DNA of 64,000 bases, from contig NZ_CABROP010000009.1 in assembly GCF_902472605.1 (NCBI RefSeq), positions 4,434 to 68,433 on the forward strand, in the 5' to 3' direction. This stretch comes from an uncultured Bacteroides sp. (GTDB lineage Bacteria; Bacteroidota; Bacteroidia; Bacteroidales; Bacteroidaceae). This document shows positions 19,056 to 29,064 of this stretch, in pieces. Position 1 is the first letter of the stretch; every line of letters begins with the position of its first letter. The translations under genes and the position numbers were made by a program. Under the pieces are notes generated by a model that was given only the letters and a program-made list of their open reading frames with translations, was not told where the DNA came from and did no database searches.

Positions 19056-21425
19056 ATGAATTTAATAAGAAATGTGATTTTAGCCTCAGTGATTGGCACT
19101 GGGATGTGTATGGCAGACAACGTACACAGCATAAAGCCGGCCATTCCGGCAGACAAAACCATTGAAGCCAATATCCAGAAATGGTTGGACAAGATGACCC
19201 TGGAAGAAAAGATTGGTCAGATGTGTGAGCTTACCGTGGACGTGGTAACTGATTTTAAGGCAAGCCAGAAAAATGGCTTTACACTCAGTGAGGCACAGCT
19301 GGATACGGTGATAGGCAAATACAAGGTCGGATCTATTTTGAATGTGCCTCTGAGCGTAGCACAGAAAAAAGAGACCTGGGCGAAGATGATCAAACGCATA
19401 CAGGAAGTTTCCATGAAAGAAATCGGTATTCCTTGTATTTATGGAGTCGATCAGATTCATGGTACGACGTATACCCTCGACGGCACCATGTTTCCTCAGG
19501 GAATCAACATGGGAGCTTCCTTCAATCGGGAACTGACGAAGCGGGGAGCAGAGATTTCCGCATACGAAACAAAAGCTGGATGTATTCCTTGGACGTATGC
19601 GCCGGTAGTCGATTTGGGACGTGATCCTCGCTGGCCCAGAATGTGGGAAAATTACGGAGAAGACTGCTATGTGAATGCCGAAATGGGAAAGGCTGCTGTA
19701 GAAGGATTTCAGGGAACAGACCCGAACCACATCGGCGAGTATCATGTGGCTGCCTGCCTGAAGCATTACATGGGTTATGGAGTACCGGTATCCGGAAAAG
19801 ACCGTACGCCTTCTTCTATTTCTCGCAGCGATCTGCGTGAAAAGCATTTTGCTCCGTTCCTTGCTGCTATCCGCAATGGGGCGTTGAGCGTGATGGTCAA
19901 TTCGAGCGTGGACAATGGAATGCCTTTCCATGCCAACCGTGAACTGCTGACCGAGTGGTTGAAAGAAGGATTGAACTGGGATGGTATGATTGTAACCGAC
20001 TGGGCCGACATCAATAATCTTTGTACCCGTGACCACATTGCGGCTACCAAGAAGGAAGCCATCAAGATTGCCATCAATGCCGGTATTGATATGTCAATGG
20101 TGCCTTATGAAGTGAGCTTCTGTACCTATTTGAAAGAACTGGTGGAAGAAGGAGAAGTTCCGATGAGCCGAATCAATGATGCGGTGGCTCGTGTACTGCG
20201 TTTGAAATACCGTTTGGGCTTGTTTGACAATCCTTACTGGGATATCAAGAAATACGATAAGTTTGGCTCTGCCGAATTTGCCAAGGTGGCGCTTCAGGCT
20301 GCAGAAGAATCGGAAGTCTTGTTGAAAAATGAACAGAATGTATTGCCTGTCAAAGTCGGTAAGAAGATTCTGTTGACAGGTCCTAATGCCAATTCCATGC
20401 GTTGTCTGAATGGAGGTTGGTCATACAGCTGGCAAGGTAATAAAGCCGATGAGTGTGCCGGAGCGTATAATACCATTTATGAGGCTTTGTGCAATAAATA
20501 TGGAAAGTCAAATGTGGTATATGAGCCGGGAGTCACTTATGCAAGCTCAGATCCAAATGCCGTGACGAATCAGAACGACAACTGGTGGGCAGAGAACAAA
20601 CCGGAGATTGAGAAAGCCGTAGCGGCAGCTGCCAATGTGGATGTCATTGTGGCTTGCATCGGCGAGAATTCTTATTGCGAGACTCCAGGTAACCTGACGG
20701 ATTTGACGCTTTCGGCTAATCAGCGCGACTTGGTAAAAGCGCTGGCCAAGACCGGCAAACCGATTGTGCTGGTATTGAATGAAGGACGTCCTCGTATCCT
20801 CAGTGACATCGAACCTTTGGCACAGGGCGTGATTGACGTGCTGCTGCCGAGCAACTATGGAGGCGATGCCCTGGCTAACTTGATGGCGGGCGATGCCAAC
20901 TTCAGTGCAAAGATGCCTTTCACTTATCCGAAATATATCAATGCCATTGCTACTTACGACTATAAACCTTGTGAGAACATGGGGCAGATGGGCGGAAACT
21001 ATAATTATGATTCCGTGATGGATGTACAATGGCCGTTTGGCTTTGGATTGAGTTATACAACTTATACGTACAGCAATCTGAAGGTAGATAAGGTTTCCTT
21101 TACGGCAGACGATGAGCTGACGGTTTCAGTCGATGTCACGAACTCCGGCAAGGTAGCTGGTAAAGAAGCTGTGTTGTTGTTCTCCAAGGATTTGGTAGCC
21201 AGCAGCACTCCGGATAACCTCCGCTTGCGCAATTTTGAAAAAGTATCGTTGAATCCGGGCGAGACCAAGACAGTGACGATGAAAATAAAAGGCAGTGACT
21301 TGGCTTTTGTGGGTTACGATGGAAAATGGCGTCTTGAAAAAGGTGATTTTAAGCTAAAATGTGGTAACTTGTGGGCAGATATTAAATGTGCTGAAACAAA
21401 GCTATGGGAAACTGCTAATAAATAA
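19056..21425 (+). CDS. GH3 beta-glucosidase
   Basis: [53 protein letters not shown]. Confidence 0.95.
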   Translation: MNLIRNVILASVIGTGMCMADNVHSIKPAIPADKTIEANIQKWLDKMTLEEKIGQMCELTVDVVTDFKASQKNGFTLSEAQLDTVIGKYKVGSILNVPLSVAQKKETWAKMIKRIQEVSMKEIGIPCIYGVDQIHGTTYTLDGTMFPQGINMGASFNRELTKRGAEISAYETKAGCIPWTYAPVVDLGRDPRWPRMWENYGEDCYVNAEMGKAAVEGFQGTDPNHIGEYHVAACLKHYMGYGVPVSGKDRTPSSISRSDLREKHFAPFLAAIRNGALSVMVNSSVDNGMPFHANRELLTEWLKEGLNWDGMIVTDWADINNLCTRDHIAATKKEAIKIAINAGIDMSMVPYEVSFCTYLKELVEEGEVPMSRINDAVARVLRLKYRLGLFDNPYWDIKKYDKFGSAEFAKVALQAAEESEVLLKNEQNVLPVKVGKKILLTGPNANSMRCLNGGWSYSWQGNKADECAGAYNTIYEALCNKYGKSNVVYEPGVTYASSDPNAVTNQNDNWWAENKPEIEKAVAAAANVDVIVACIGENSYCETPGNLTDLTLSANQRDLVKALAKTGKPIVLVLNEGRPRILSDIEPLAQGVIDVLLPSNYGGDALANLMAGDANFSAKMPFTYPKYINAIATYDYKPCENMGQMGGNYNYDSVMDVQWPFGFGLSYTTYTYSNLKVDKVSFTADDELTVSVDVTNSGKVAGKEAVLLFSKDLVASSTPDNLRLRNFEKVSLNPGETKTVTMKIKGSDLAFVGYDGKWRLEKGDFKLKCGNLWADIKCAETKLWETANK

Positions 21426-21429
21426 ATCT

Positions 21430-24012
21430 ATGAGGTATGGTGTTTGGTTATTGGGTTTAGCTTTTTTAGGCTGTGCCCGTCCCGATTTTCGGGATTCGTC
21501 TTTATCTTCAGATCAGCGTGCCGACTTGCTTTTGCAGGAGCTGACTTTGGAAGAAAAAGTCTCTTTAATGATGGATGTGTCGAAGCCGGTGGAGCGGTTG
21601 GGTATTAAACCGTATAACTGGTGGAATGAAGCGCTGCATGGGGTGGCTCGTGCCGGACTGGCTACGGTGTTCCCTCAGCCGATAGGCATGGCAGCCTCTT
21701 TTGATGATTCGTTGGTATACAAGGTGTTTACGGCCGTGTCGGATGAGGCGCGGGCAAAAAATACCTATTACGTGCAACATGACAGTTACAAGAGATACCA
21801 GGGACTGACCATGTGGACGCCGACGGTAAACATTTACCGTGATCCGCGCTGGGGAAGAGGTATTGAAACCTACGGTGAAGACCCTTATCTGACAAGTAAG
21901 ATGGGCGTGATGGTGGTCAAAGGTTTGCAAGGAGAAAGTGACGGCAAGTATGACAAGCTGTATGCTTGTGCCAAACATTTTGCAGTACATTCCGGACCGG
22001 AGTGGAACCGTCATTCTTTTGATGTGGAAAACTTGCCGCTTCGGGATTTGTATGAGACTTATTTGCCGGCTTTCAAGGCCCTGGTACAGGATGCCGGGGT
22101 GAAAGAGGTGATGTGTGCCTACAACCGTTTTGAAGGAGAACCTTGCTGCGGCAGCAACCGGCTGCTGACGCAGATTCTACGGAAGGAATGGGGATTCGAT
22201 GGCATCATCTTGAGCGACTGCTGGGCCATCAATGACTTTTTTGATGAAAAAGGACACCGCACGCATAAGGATGCGCCTTCGGCTGCATCGGCTGCGGTAC
22301 TGAGTGGTACGGATTTGGAATGTGGTTCTACGTATGAATCACTGGTAGAAGCCGCCCGGAAGAAACAAATCGATGAGAAGGTGATTGATAAGTCGGTTAA
22401 GCGGTTGCTGAAGGCCCGTTTCGACTTGGGCGAGATGGACGATCCGGATAAAGTGTCCTGGACTAAGATTCCTTTCTCGGTCGTGGCTTCTGCAGCACAC
22501 GATTCCTTGGCGCTGCGGATGGCTCGGGAGTCCATGACGCTCTTGATGAACAAGAACCAGGTACTTCCGTTGAAGCGCGGTGGATTGACCGTCGCTGTCA
22601 TGGGTCCCAATGCCAAAGACTCGGTCATGATGTGGGGAAACTATAATGGAGTACCTTCCCATACGGTGACTATTCTGGAGGGAATCCGGTCGGCACTTGG
22701 AAAGGACGATAAGCTGATTTATGAACAGGGTTGTCCGTGGGTAGGCGATGAAGTGTTGGAAAGTGTGTTCAGTGAATGTAAGTCGGAAGGCCGACCAGGC
22801 TTCACGGCCCGTTATTGGAACAATGTGAACCACGAGGGCAAAGTGGACGTAGAAACACGGGTGATGACACCGTTCAATTTCTGTACGTCGGGAGCTACGG
22901 TGTTTGCACCAGGGGTAAACCTGACGGATTTTTCGGCTACGTACAATGCCACGTATGTGCCCAAGGCATCAGGAGAGATTGTGCTGGATGTGTATAGTTA
23001 TGGCAAGGGAAGATTGCTGGTCAATCAGAAAGAGGTGATGAAGTATCATAATGTACACGGAGGGAACAAGCAGTCTTGTGCTTTGCCGGTAGAAGCCGGA
23101 AAGAAATACGACATCGAATTGCAGTTTGAATATCTGCAGAGTGACGCACAGTTGAATTTCGACCTGGGCTTTAAGCAGAAAGTCGATGTGGTTCGGTCGG
23201 TACAGGCCGTGCGGAATGCCGATGTGGTAGTCTTTGTGGGAGGTATTTCTCCGAGTCTGGAAGGAGAAGAGATGGGCGTAGATTTGCCGGGATTCAAGAA
23301 AGGTGACCGTACCAGCATTGAATTGCCGGAAGTACAGCGGGAATTGCTGGCTGCGCTGCATCGGGCTGGAAAGAAGGTCATTTTGGTGAACTGCTCCGGT
23401 TCTCCTATCGGTCTGGTACCGGAAACGGAAACCTGTGAGGCGATCTTGCAGGCTTGGTATCCGGGGCAGCAGGGCGGTAAGGCCGTGGCTGAGGTCTTGT
23501 TTGGCGATTACAATCCGGCCGGACGCTTGCCGGTCACTTTCTACCGGAATACGGAGCAGTTGCCCGATTTTGAGGACTACAATATGAAGGGACGTACCTA
23601 TCGTTTCATGACCGAAAAGCCGCTCTTCCCCTTTGGGTATGGGTTGAGCTATACTACCTTTAAGTATGGTACAGCTGCTTTCAATGCACAGACGATAGGC
23701 AGTGACGACAATTTGACGGTAACCGTACCGGTTTCAAATGTTGGTAGTCGCGATGGAGAAGAAGTGGTACAGGTTTATCTGAATAAGGTGGGCGACGAAG
23801 GAGGTCCGGTCAAGACCTTAAAAGCCTTTAAGCGGGTGTTTGTCCCGGCTGGGAAGACTGCAAATGTACGTATTACCTTGTCAAAGAAAGACCTGGAGTG
23901 GTGGAATGAAACCACTCACAGCATCCAGTTCTGTCCGGGAAAATATCAGGTATGGATTGGAGGCAGTTCCGATGAAAAGGACCTGAGCAAGTATGCGATT
24001 ACGTTGAAGTGA
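21430..24012 (+). CDS. GH3 beta-xylosidase/glucosidase with PA14 insert
   Basis: Start moved to ATG 21430 (MRYGVWLLGLAFLGC). WWNEALHGV, RDPRWGRGIETYGEDP, KHFAVHSGPE, LSDCWAI, PA14-like insert, FPFGYGLSY. Confidence 0.93.
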   Translation: MRYGVWLLGLAFLGCARPDFRDSSLSSDQRADLLLQELTLEEKVSLMMDVSKPVERLGIKPYNWWNEALHGVARAGLATVFPQPIGMAASFDDSLVYKVFTAVSDEARAKNTYYVQHDSYKRYQGLTMWTPTVNIYRDPRWGRGIETYGEDPYLTSKMGVMVVKGLQGESDGKYDKLYACAKHFAVHSGPEWNRHSFDVENLPLRDLYETYLPAFKALVQDAGVKEVMCAYNRFEGEPCCGSNRLLTQILRKEWGFDGIILSDCWAINDFFDEKGHRTHKDAPSAASAAVLSGTDLECGSTYESLVEAARKKQIDEKVIDKSVKRLLKARFDLGEMDDPDKVSWTKIPFSVVASAAHDSLALRMARESMTLLMNKNQVLPLKRGGLTVAVMGPNAKDSVMMWGNYNGVPSHTVTILEGIRSALGKDDKLIYEQGCPWVGDEVLESVFSECKSEGRPGFTARYWNNVNHEGKVDVETRVMTPFNFCTSGATVFAPGVNLTDFSATYNATYVPKASGEIVLDVYSYGKGRLLVNQKEVMKYHNVHGGNKQSCALPVEAGKKYDIELQFEYLQSDAQLNFDLGFKQKVDVVRSVQAVRNADVVVFVGGISPSLEGEEMGVDLPGFKKGDRTSIELPEVQRELLAALHRAGKKVILVNCSGSPIGLVPETETCEAILQAWYPGQQGGKAVAEVLFGDYNPAGRLPVTFYRNTEQLPDFEDYNMKGRTYRFMTEKPLFPFGYGLSYTTFKYGTAAFNAQTIGSDDNLTVTVPVSNVGSRDGEEVVQVYLNKVGDEGGPVKTLKAFKRVFVPAGKTANVRITLSKKDLEWWNETTHSIQFCPGKYQVWIGGSSDEKDLSKYAITLK

Positions 24013-24034
24013 GGAATTCCCGATCAATACAATG

Positions 24035-24077
24035 CAGGGCGGTGTCCGGTTTGCCGGATACCGCCCTGTTTCTTTTT
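24035..24077 (+). terminator. Intrinsic terminator ending the PUL
   Basis: cagggcggtgtccgg-tttg-ccggataccgccctg followed by tttcttttt, between convergent genes. Confidence 0.85.
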
Positions 24078-24092
24078 GGCAGAACGAAAGGC

Positions 24093-24575
24093 TCAGAGAA
24101 TCAGTTCGTAGTCTACGATTCCCAGCCATTTGCCGAATTTGCGGCCCACCTCGCGGAAGCTGGATACCTTTTCAAAGCCCAGCTTTTCGTGTAGGGCGTA
24201 GCTGGCCTCGTTGCCTTCGGTGATGCAGGCAATCAAGGCATGTAGTCCGCAGCGGCGGCATTCTTCTATCAGGTGTTGCATCAATTCGGTACCCAGTCCC
24301 TTTCCCGTAGAGGAAGGTGCCAGGTAAATGGTGGTCTCCACACTTTGGTTGTAAGCCGCCTTCTCTTTCCATCCGTGTACATAGCAGTAACCGGCAATCT
24401 GCCCTTCTGTTTCGTATACGAAATACGGATATTTGCTACTGATGTTCTGGATGCGGTTCCACATCTCTTCTTCGCTCACCGGTTCCAGTTCAAAGGTGAT
24501 GGTGGTGTGCGTAATGTAATGGTTGTAGATGGCGGTAATGGCCGGAGCATCTTCTTTGCGTACTTTCCGAATCAT
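24093..24575 (-). CDS. GNAT N-acetyltransferase (phosphinothricin/YncA-like)
   Basis: AIYNHYI..TTITFE, GKGLGTEL, NEASYALHEKLGF, VGRKFGKWL. Confidence 0.9.
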   Translation of the reverse strand: MIRKVRKEDAPAITAIYNHYITHTTITFELEPVSEEEMWNRIQNISSKYPYFVYETEGQIAGYCYVHGWKEKAAYNQSVETTIYLAPSSTGKGLGTELMQHLIEECRRCGLHALIACITEGNEASYALHEKLGFEKVSSFREVGRKFGKWLGIVDYELIL

Positions 24576-24578
24576 AAA

Positions 24579-25469
24579 TTAAAGAATCAATCCAAGTGTA
24601 AGTAATAATCCAAAAATGAACATGTTGCGTGAAGTCTCTCCTAAAATGCCGTTCAAGGCTTTCCCACGGTAGATACGGGCCATGTGGAAGGTGGTCAGGA
24701 TGTGCGGAATGAGGTACAGCTGCGGGAGCAGCACGGCGTAAATCTTTCCTAAACTCAGGAAATAGAAGCAGCACCAGCAGGCTGCCAGTCCTAACAGAAA
24801 GTAAAGCACCAGTCCGGCTTTCGCACCGATTCGTACCACGATGGTTTTCTTGCCGCTGAGGGCATCCTGTTCCCGGTCGCGGAAATTGTTGATCATCAGC
24901 AGGGTGTCGATGACCAGTCCGCAAGCCAGTGAGGTGAGTGTGACGGCCGTGTTCCAGTCGTGTGCCATGACATAGTAGGTACATCCCACGGGCACAAAGC
25001 CGAAGAACACGAGTACCATCAGGTCGCCCCATCCGTGGTAAGCCAGCGGATACGGTCCGGCGGTATAGAGGAAGGCAAAAATCATGCAGGCGAGTCCCAC
25101 TGGAATCATTTCCAGTCCTCCGTAATACAACAAGCAGAGCCCGACGAGTCCAGCCAGTACAGTGGTGCAGGCAATGCCGGCCTTCATGGCCTTCGGGCTG
25201 ATCCATCCTTGAGCGCAGGCACGTTCTGGACCCAGCCGGTCCTCGCGGTCGCTGCCTTTTAGGAAATCGAACAAGTCGTTGATGAAGTTGGCGTCAATCT
25301 GCATCAGGAAGGCAAACAGAAAGCACAGTACGGCAGGTACGGTTTGAAAGTGCCCGTAAATAAAAGCCAGGGCACAGCCCAGCATGACAGGAATGGCCGC
25401 TCCGGTCAAGGTCTTCGGACGGGCAGCCAGCAGCCATGCTTTTATGGAATTGGTTTTGACGTGTGTCAT
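24579..25469 (-). CDS. menA: 1,4-dihydroxy-2-naphthoate polyprenyltransferase
   Basis: AWLLAARPKTL, ANFINDLFDF..G.D, NNFRDREQD..SGKKT; multi-TM UbiA fold. Confidence 0.95.
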   Translation of the reverse strand: MTHVKTNSIKAWLLAARPKTLTGAAIPVMLGCALAFIYGHFQTVPAVLCFLFAFLMQIDANFINDLFDFLKGSDREDRLGPERACAQGWISPKAMKAGIACTTVLAGLVGLCLLYYGGLEMIPVGLACMIFAFLYTAGPYPLAYHGWGDLMVLVFFGFVPVGCTYYVMAHDWNTAVTLTSLACGLVIDTLLMINNFRDREQDALSGKKTIVVRIGAKAGLVLYFLLGLAACWCCFYFLSLGKIYAVLLPQLYLIPHILTTFHMARIYRGKALNGILGETSRNMFIFGLLLTLGLIL

Positions 25470-25556
25470 GAAATTGGGAATTTTAGTTTTCGTTCGGCAA
25501 AGTTAGGCATTTTTTTACGACCTTTGTCACGACTGGATAGTTATATGTAGCTCAAA

Positions 25557-26396
25557 ATGATGAAACGACTGAACTTGCTGGCAGGTGGCTTGCTGCTGAT
25601 GAGCCTTCTGCTTTCTTCTTGTGCCACGGCCTCCTTTTCCAAATACAAAGGAGTAGGGCGTGTCAAACAGTATGATTTTTATAGTGCCCAGTTGCCCGAT
25701 TCTTTCGACGGTTTCCGGGTAGCTTTTGCCTCCGACTTTCATTACGAAAGCCGCTTTACCGCCCGTCGGTTGCCGGGTATGTGCCGCGCTCTCCGGTCGC
25801 TGGATGCCGATGTATTGCTCTTGGGTGGAGATTACCGAGGACGGAACGGAGGAGATGTGGACCAGCTTTTCCAGGCCTTGAAGACCGTGGAGACACCCTG
25901 TGGGACGTATGCCGTGATGGGTAACCACGAACGGGGTGAAGCTGATTCGCTGGCACGACAGGCCATGCGGGAAACAGGCGTACATTTGTTGGAACACAAA
26001 GTGGATACCCTGTGGCGGGGAAAGGAATATATCTTGCTGTGCGGCATCCGCAATCCGTTCGATTTGAAGCAGAACGGGGTGTCGCCTACCTTGGCCTTGC
26101 GGGAAGAAGATTTTGTGTTGATGCTGGTACATACGCCTGATTATGTGGAGGATGTGGATGTGTCACACACCGATTTGGCGTTGGCGGGACATACGCACGG
26201 AGGGCAGGTCAGCCTGTTTCACCGGTGGACACCGGCACATTTCTCCAAATACGGCAACCGCTTCCTGACGGGACTGAAGCACAACAGTGCGGGCATTCCG
26301 GTGATTATTACCAACGGATTAGGTACGTCACGTAGAGATGTGCGTCTCTTTACTCCAAGCGAGGTCGTGCTGGTAGTGTTGCACAAAAAGAAATGA
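25557..26396 (+). CDS. Metallophosphoesterase (YkuE-like) lipoprotein
   Basis: SDFH, GGDY, GNHE, HTPD and GHTHGGQ motifs; LSSC lipobox. Confidence 0.9.
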   Translation: MMKRLNLLAGGLLLMSLLLSSCATASFSKYKGVGRVKQYDFYSAQLPDSFDGFRVAFASDFHYESRFTARRLPGMCRALRSLDADVLLLGGDYRGRNGGDVDQLFQALKTVETPCGTYAVMGNHERGEADSLARQAMRETGVHLLEHKVDTLWRGKEYILLCGIRNPFDLKQNGVSPTLALREEDFVLMLVHTPDYVEDVDVSHTDLALAGHTHGGQVSLFHRWTPAHFSKYGNRFLTGLKHNSAGIPVIITNGLGTSRRDVRLFTPSEVVLVVLHKKK

Positions 26397-26990
26397 TTAG
26401 CGGTAGAGTCCTTTTTCCTGAATGATCCTGAACACTTCCGGATGCAGGAAGTAGCGCAGGTCTTTACCTTCGCGGATACCTTGGCGGATGAAAGTGGAAC
26501 TGATTTCGATGAGGGGAGTCTGTACGACCCGGACATGAGGGGGTAGAGGAGTGCCCTCCTCTAATGGATATCCCCGACGCGGATAGACCAGGATGTGGTG
26601 ACGACGGATGATTTCCTCGGGCGAGCGCCAGCGGTCGAAGGCCTGCCAGTTGTCGGCTCCGATAATCAGGTGAAATTCCCGGTCGGGATAGCTCTCGGCC
26701 AGTTTGTCAAGGGTATGGATGGTGTAGGAAGGACGTGGAAGCTGGAATTCAAAATCGGAAGCTCGGAAACGGGGGTATCCGGCCACGGCAGCCTCTACCA
26801 TTTCCAGTCGGAGATGGTCGTCGAGCAGCGCCTCGTTCTGCTTGAACGGATTTTGAGGGGTGACCAGGAACCACACTTCCTCCAGTCCTCCGTATTCACA
26901 CAGGTAATTGGCCAGTGCCAGGTGCCCCATGTGAATCGGGTTGAAGGAGCCTCCGAAAAGTCCGGTTTTTATCTGAGACTTTTCTTCCAT
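26397..26990 (-). CDS. nadD: Nicotinate-nucleotide adenylyltransferase
   Basis: [35 protein letters not shown]; start probably MEEKS (26990). Confidence 0.95.
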   Translation of the reverse strand: MEEKSQIKTGLFGGSFNPIHMGHLALANYLCEYGGLEEVWFLVTPQNPFKQNEALLDDHLRLEMVEAAVAGYPRFRASDFEFQLPRPSYTIHTLDKLAESYPDREFHLIIGADNWQAFDRWRSPEEIIRRHHILVYPRRGYPLEEGTPLPPHVRVVQTPLIEISSTFIRQGIREGKDLRYFLHPEVFRIIQEKGLYR

Positions 26991-27154
26991 TGGATGTAGT
27001 TGAGAATCTGCCATACAGCCACCAGTAACATGGCGACGGCAATGATGTATTCTTCTTTGGCTACGGCTACTACGCCTACGGCAATGGCAGCCAGTCCGAT
27101 GACGATGCAGAGCAGCGTCATCCAGCGCAAGATTTTTTTAGGGTTTTTTGGCAT
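26969..27154 (-). CDS. Small membrane protein with two TM helices
   Basis: 61 aa, basic N-terminus and two hydrophobic segments; in operon between gmk and nadD. Confidence 0.6.
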   Translation of the reverse strand: MPKNPKKILRWMTLLCIVIGLAAIAVGVVAVAKEEYIIAVAMLLVAVWQILNYIQWKKSLR

Positions 27155-27166
27155 AGTCGGACGGAT

Positions 27167-27733
27167 TTAGTGTTGGAGAAAATTGCGGATGGTCTGCAAG
27201 GCTTCCGTTTTGGCCTTTTCCAGGTCGTCGTTGACAATCACTACGTCGAATTTATCGGCATACCCCAGTTCGAAGGAGGCTTTTGCCAGACGGCTCTCGA
27301 TGACTTCGGGGGCATCGGTTCCCCGACCCGTCAGTCGCTTGCGGAGCTCTTCGATAGAAGGGGGTTGGATGAAGACCGACAGGGCCCGGTCGCCATAGAA
27401 TTTTTTGATGTTGCATCCGCCTACCACATCGACGTCGAAAATCACGTTCTGTCCGGCGGCGAGCTGTTTTTCTACCTGTGCTTTCAGGGTACCGTAGAAA
27501 CGGTCCTTGTATACTTCTTCGTATTCCAGAAACTCGTTATTGGCAATGCGCTGCTTGAATTCTTCCGGAGTCAGGAAGAAATATTCCACGCCGTTCTGTT
27601 CCGTGCCACGGGGAGCGCGGCTGGTGGCAGAGATAGAGAATGCCAAGTTCAGGTTCTGTGTCAGCAAGTAATTGATGATGGTAGACTTGCCGGAGCCGGA
27701 AGGGGCTGAAAATATGATAAGTTTGCCTGCCAT
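27167..27733 (-). CDS. gmk: Guanylate kinase
   Basis: SAPSGSGKST P-loop, SATSRAPRGTEQNGVEYFF, YGT. Confidence 0.97.
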   Translation of the reverse strand: MAGKLIIFSAPSGSGKSTIINYLLTQNLNLAFSISATSRAPRGTEQNGVEYFFLTPEEFKQRIANNEFLEYEEVYKDRFYGTLKAQVEKQLAAGQNVIFDVDVVGGCNIKKFYGDRALSVFIQPPSIEELRKRLTGRGTDAPEVIESRLAKASFELGYADKFDVVIVNDDLEKAKTEALQTIRNFLQH

Positions 27734-27739
27734 ATGTTT

Positions 27740-28615
27740 TTACATTACGTTCAACACTTGTTCCTTGATTTGTTCCAGTTCGTCTTTCATCTGTACCACG
27801 AGGTTCTGCATCTCGGCATGGTTCGACTTGCTGCCGGTAGTATTGATTTCGCGGCCCATTTCCTGTGCGATGAAGCCTAACTTCTTGCCCTGTCCGTGTC
27901 CGCCCGCCATGGTTTCGCGGAAATATTTCAGGTGGTTGGCCAGACGCTGCTTTTCTTCGTTGATGTCCAGTTTCTCGATGTAGTAAATCAGTTCCTGTTC
28001 CAGACGGTTCTTGTCGTAGTCAATGCTCAAGGTCTTTTCCAGCGCGTCGGTGATGCGTTCCCGGATTTTGCTCACACGTTCCTTTTCGTAAGGTTCAATG
28101 GATTTGAGCAACCGTTCGATGTTGTCCAGCTTTTCCGTGAACTTCTTTTCGAGGGCGGCACCTTCCTGTTTGCGGAAATCCACCAAGTGCTGCAAGGCCT
28201 CTTCAATGGTCTGTTTGGCCACGGCCCATTCTTCGTCCGACAGTTCCTGTACGTCTACGCGCGTCAGCACGTCGGGCATGCGCAGCAGGGTAGCAAACCA
28301 GTCTTCCGGCAACGGAATATGGCAAGTTTCAGAAATGGTCTTTATCTGGTTGTAATAGTTTTCTACGAGAGCGGTATTGATGGGAGTGGCCGATTCGGCG
28401 GCGTCTTTTTCCACCCATATACAGAAATCCACTTTTCCGCGTTCCAAGGTCTGGGTAATCAGGTTGCGGATTTCCATTTCTTTTTCACGATACAATGGAG
28501 CGATGCGTGTGGACAAGTCCATTGCTTTGCTGTTCAACGATTTGATTTCTACGTTGATTTTTTTGTCTCCGAAGGCGGTGGTTGCTTTGCCGTATCCGGT
28601 CATTGACTGTATCAT
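27740..28615 (-). CDS. yicC: YicC/YloC family endoribonuclease
   Basis: MIQSMTGYG, EIKSLN, GKKLGFIAQEMGREINTTGSK, EQIKEQVLNV. Confidence 0.95.
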   Translation of the reverse strand: MIQSMTGYGKATTAFGDKKINVEIKSLNSKAMDLSTRIAPLYREKEMEIRNLITQTLERGKVDFCIWVEKDAAESATPINTALVENYYNQIKTISETCHIPLPEDWFATLLRMPDVLTRVDVQELSDEEWAVAKQTIEEALQHLVDFRKQEGAALEKKFTEKLDNIERLLKSIEPYEKERVSKIRERITDALEKTLSIDYDKNRLEQELIYYIEKLDINEEKQRLANHLKYFRETMAGGHGQGKKLGFIAQEMGREINTTGSKSNHAEMQNLVVQMKDELEQIKEQVLNVM

Positions 28616-28787
28616 AACTCCTTTTGTTTTTTAATCATTATGAATGCAAAGGTAGGAAAAATCTGTATAAAGCGTAAGCGGCTGTGTAAAAAACGTATGA
28701 AAATCCCTGTTTTGCATGCAGATAAAACCCTGTAGCTTCTTTTGTAAAAGTGTTTTTCTGCTCGTGCCTTTTCCTAAAATGGCTTGT

Positions 28788-28885
28788 ATATTCTCTGTCC
28801 CACAGTGTGGGATACAAAAACCACACTGTGGGATATATATTTCACACTGTGGAATACAAATCCTGCAGTGTGAAACAGAGAATAT
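28788..28885. repeat. Palindromic 21-bp-period repeat element, copy 1
   Basis: Terminal IR atattctctgt/acagagaatat around four cacaStgtg-type cores at 28801, 28822, 28843, 28864; second copy at 43979-44072. Confidence 0.85.
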
Positions 28886-29064
28886 TCCTTGGGGTTTGGA
28901 AGAAATCTCTTAGGGAAATAACATTTTACAGATCGGGAGGAGGAAATTTGCCAGGCTGGTTTGCCTTTCGGGAGAGGGTTCGTCACTTTCTGCGCCTTTT
29001 TTCGTGAGAGAGTGAGAAGAAAAGTGTATATTTGCAGACTAATATAATTGTATTGAATTTAATT

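Noticed and set aside
28788..28885. 21-bp arrays (here and at 43979-44072) as mini-CRISPRs
   Set aside because: Period is too short, spacers are ~12 bp and shared between copies, and there are no cas genes or leader.
28638..29007. Short ORFs with HCGI/HTVG heptad repeats (also 43709-44152)
   Set aside because: Translation artefacts of the 21-bp DNA repeat, open in several frames on both strands.
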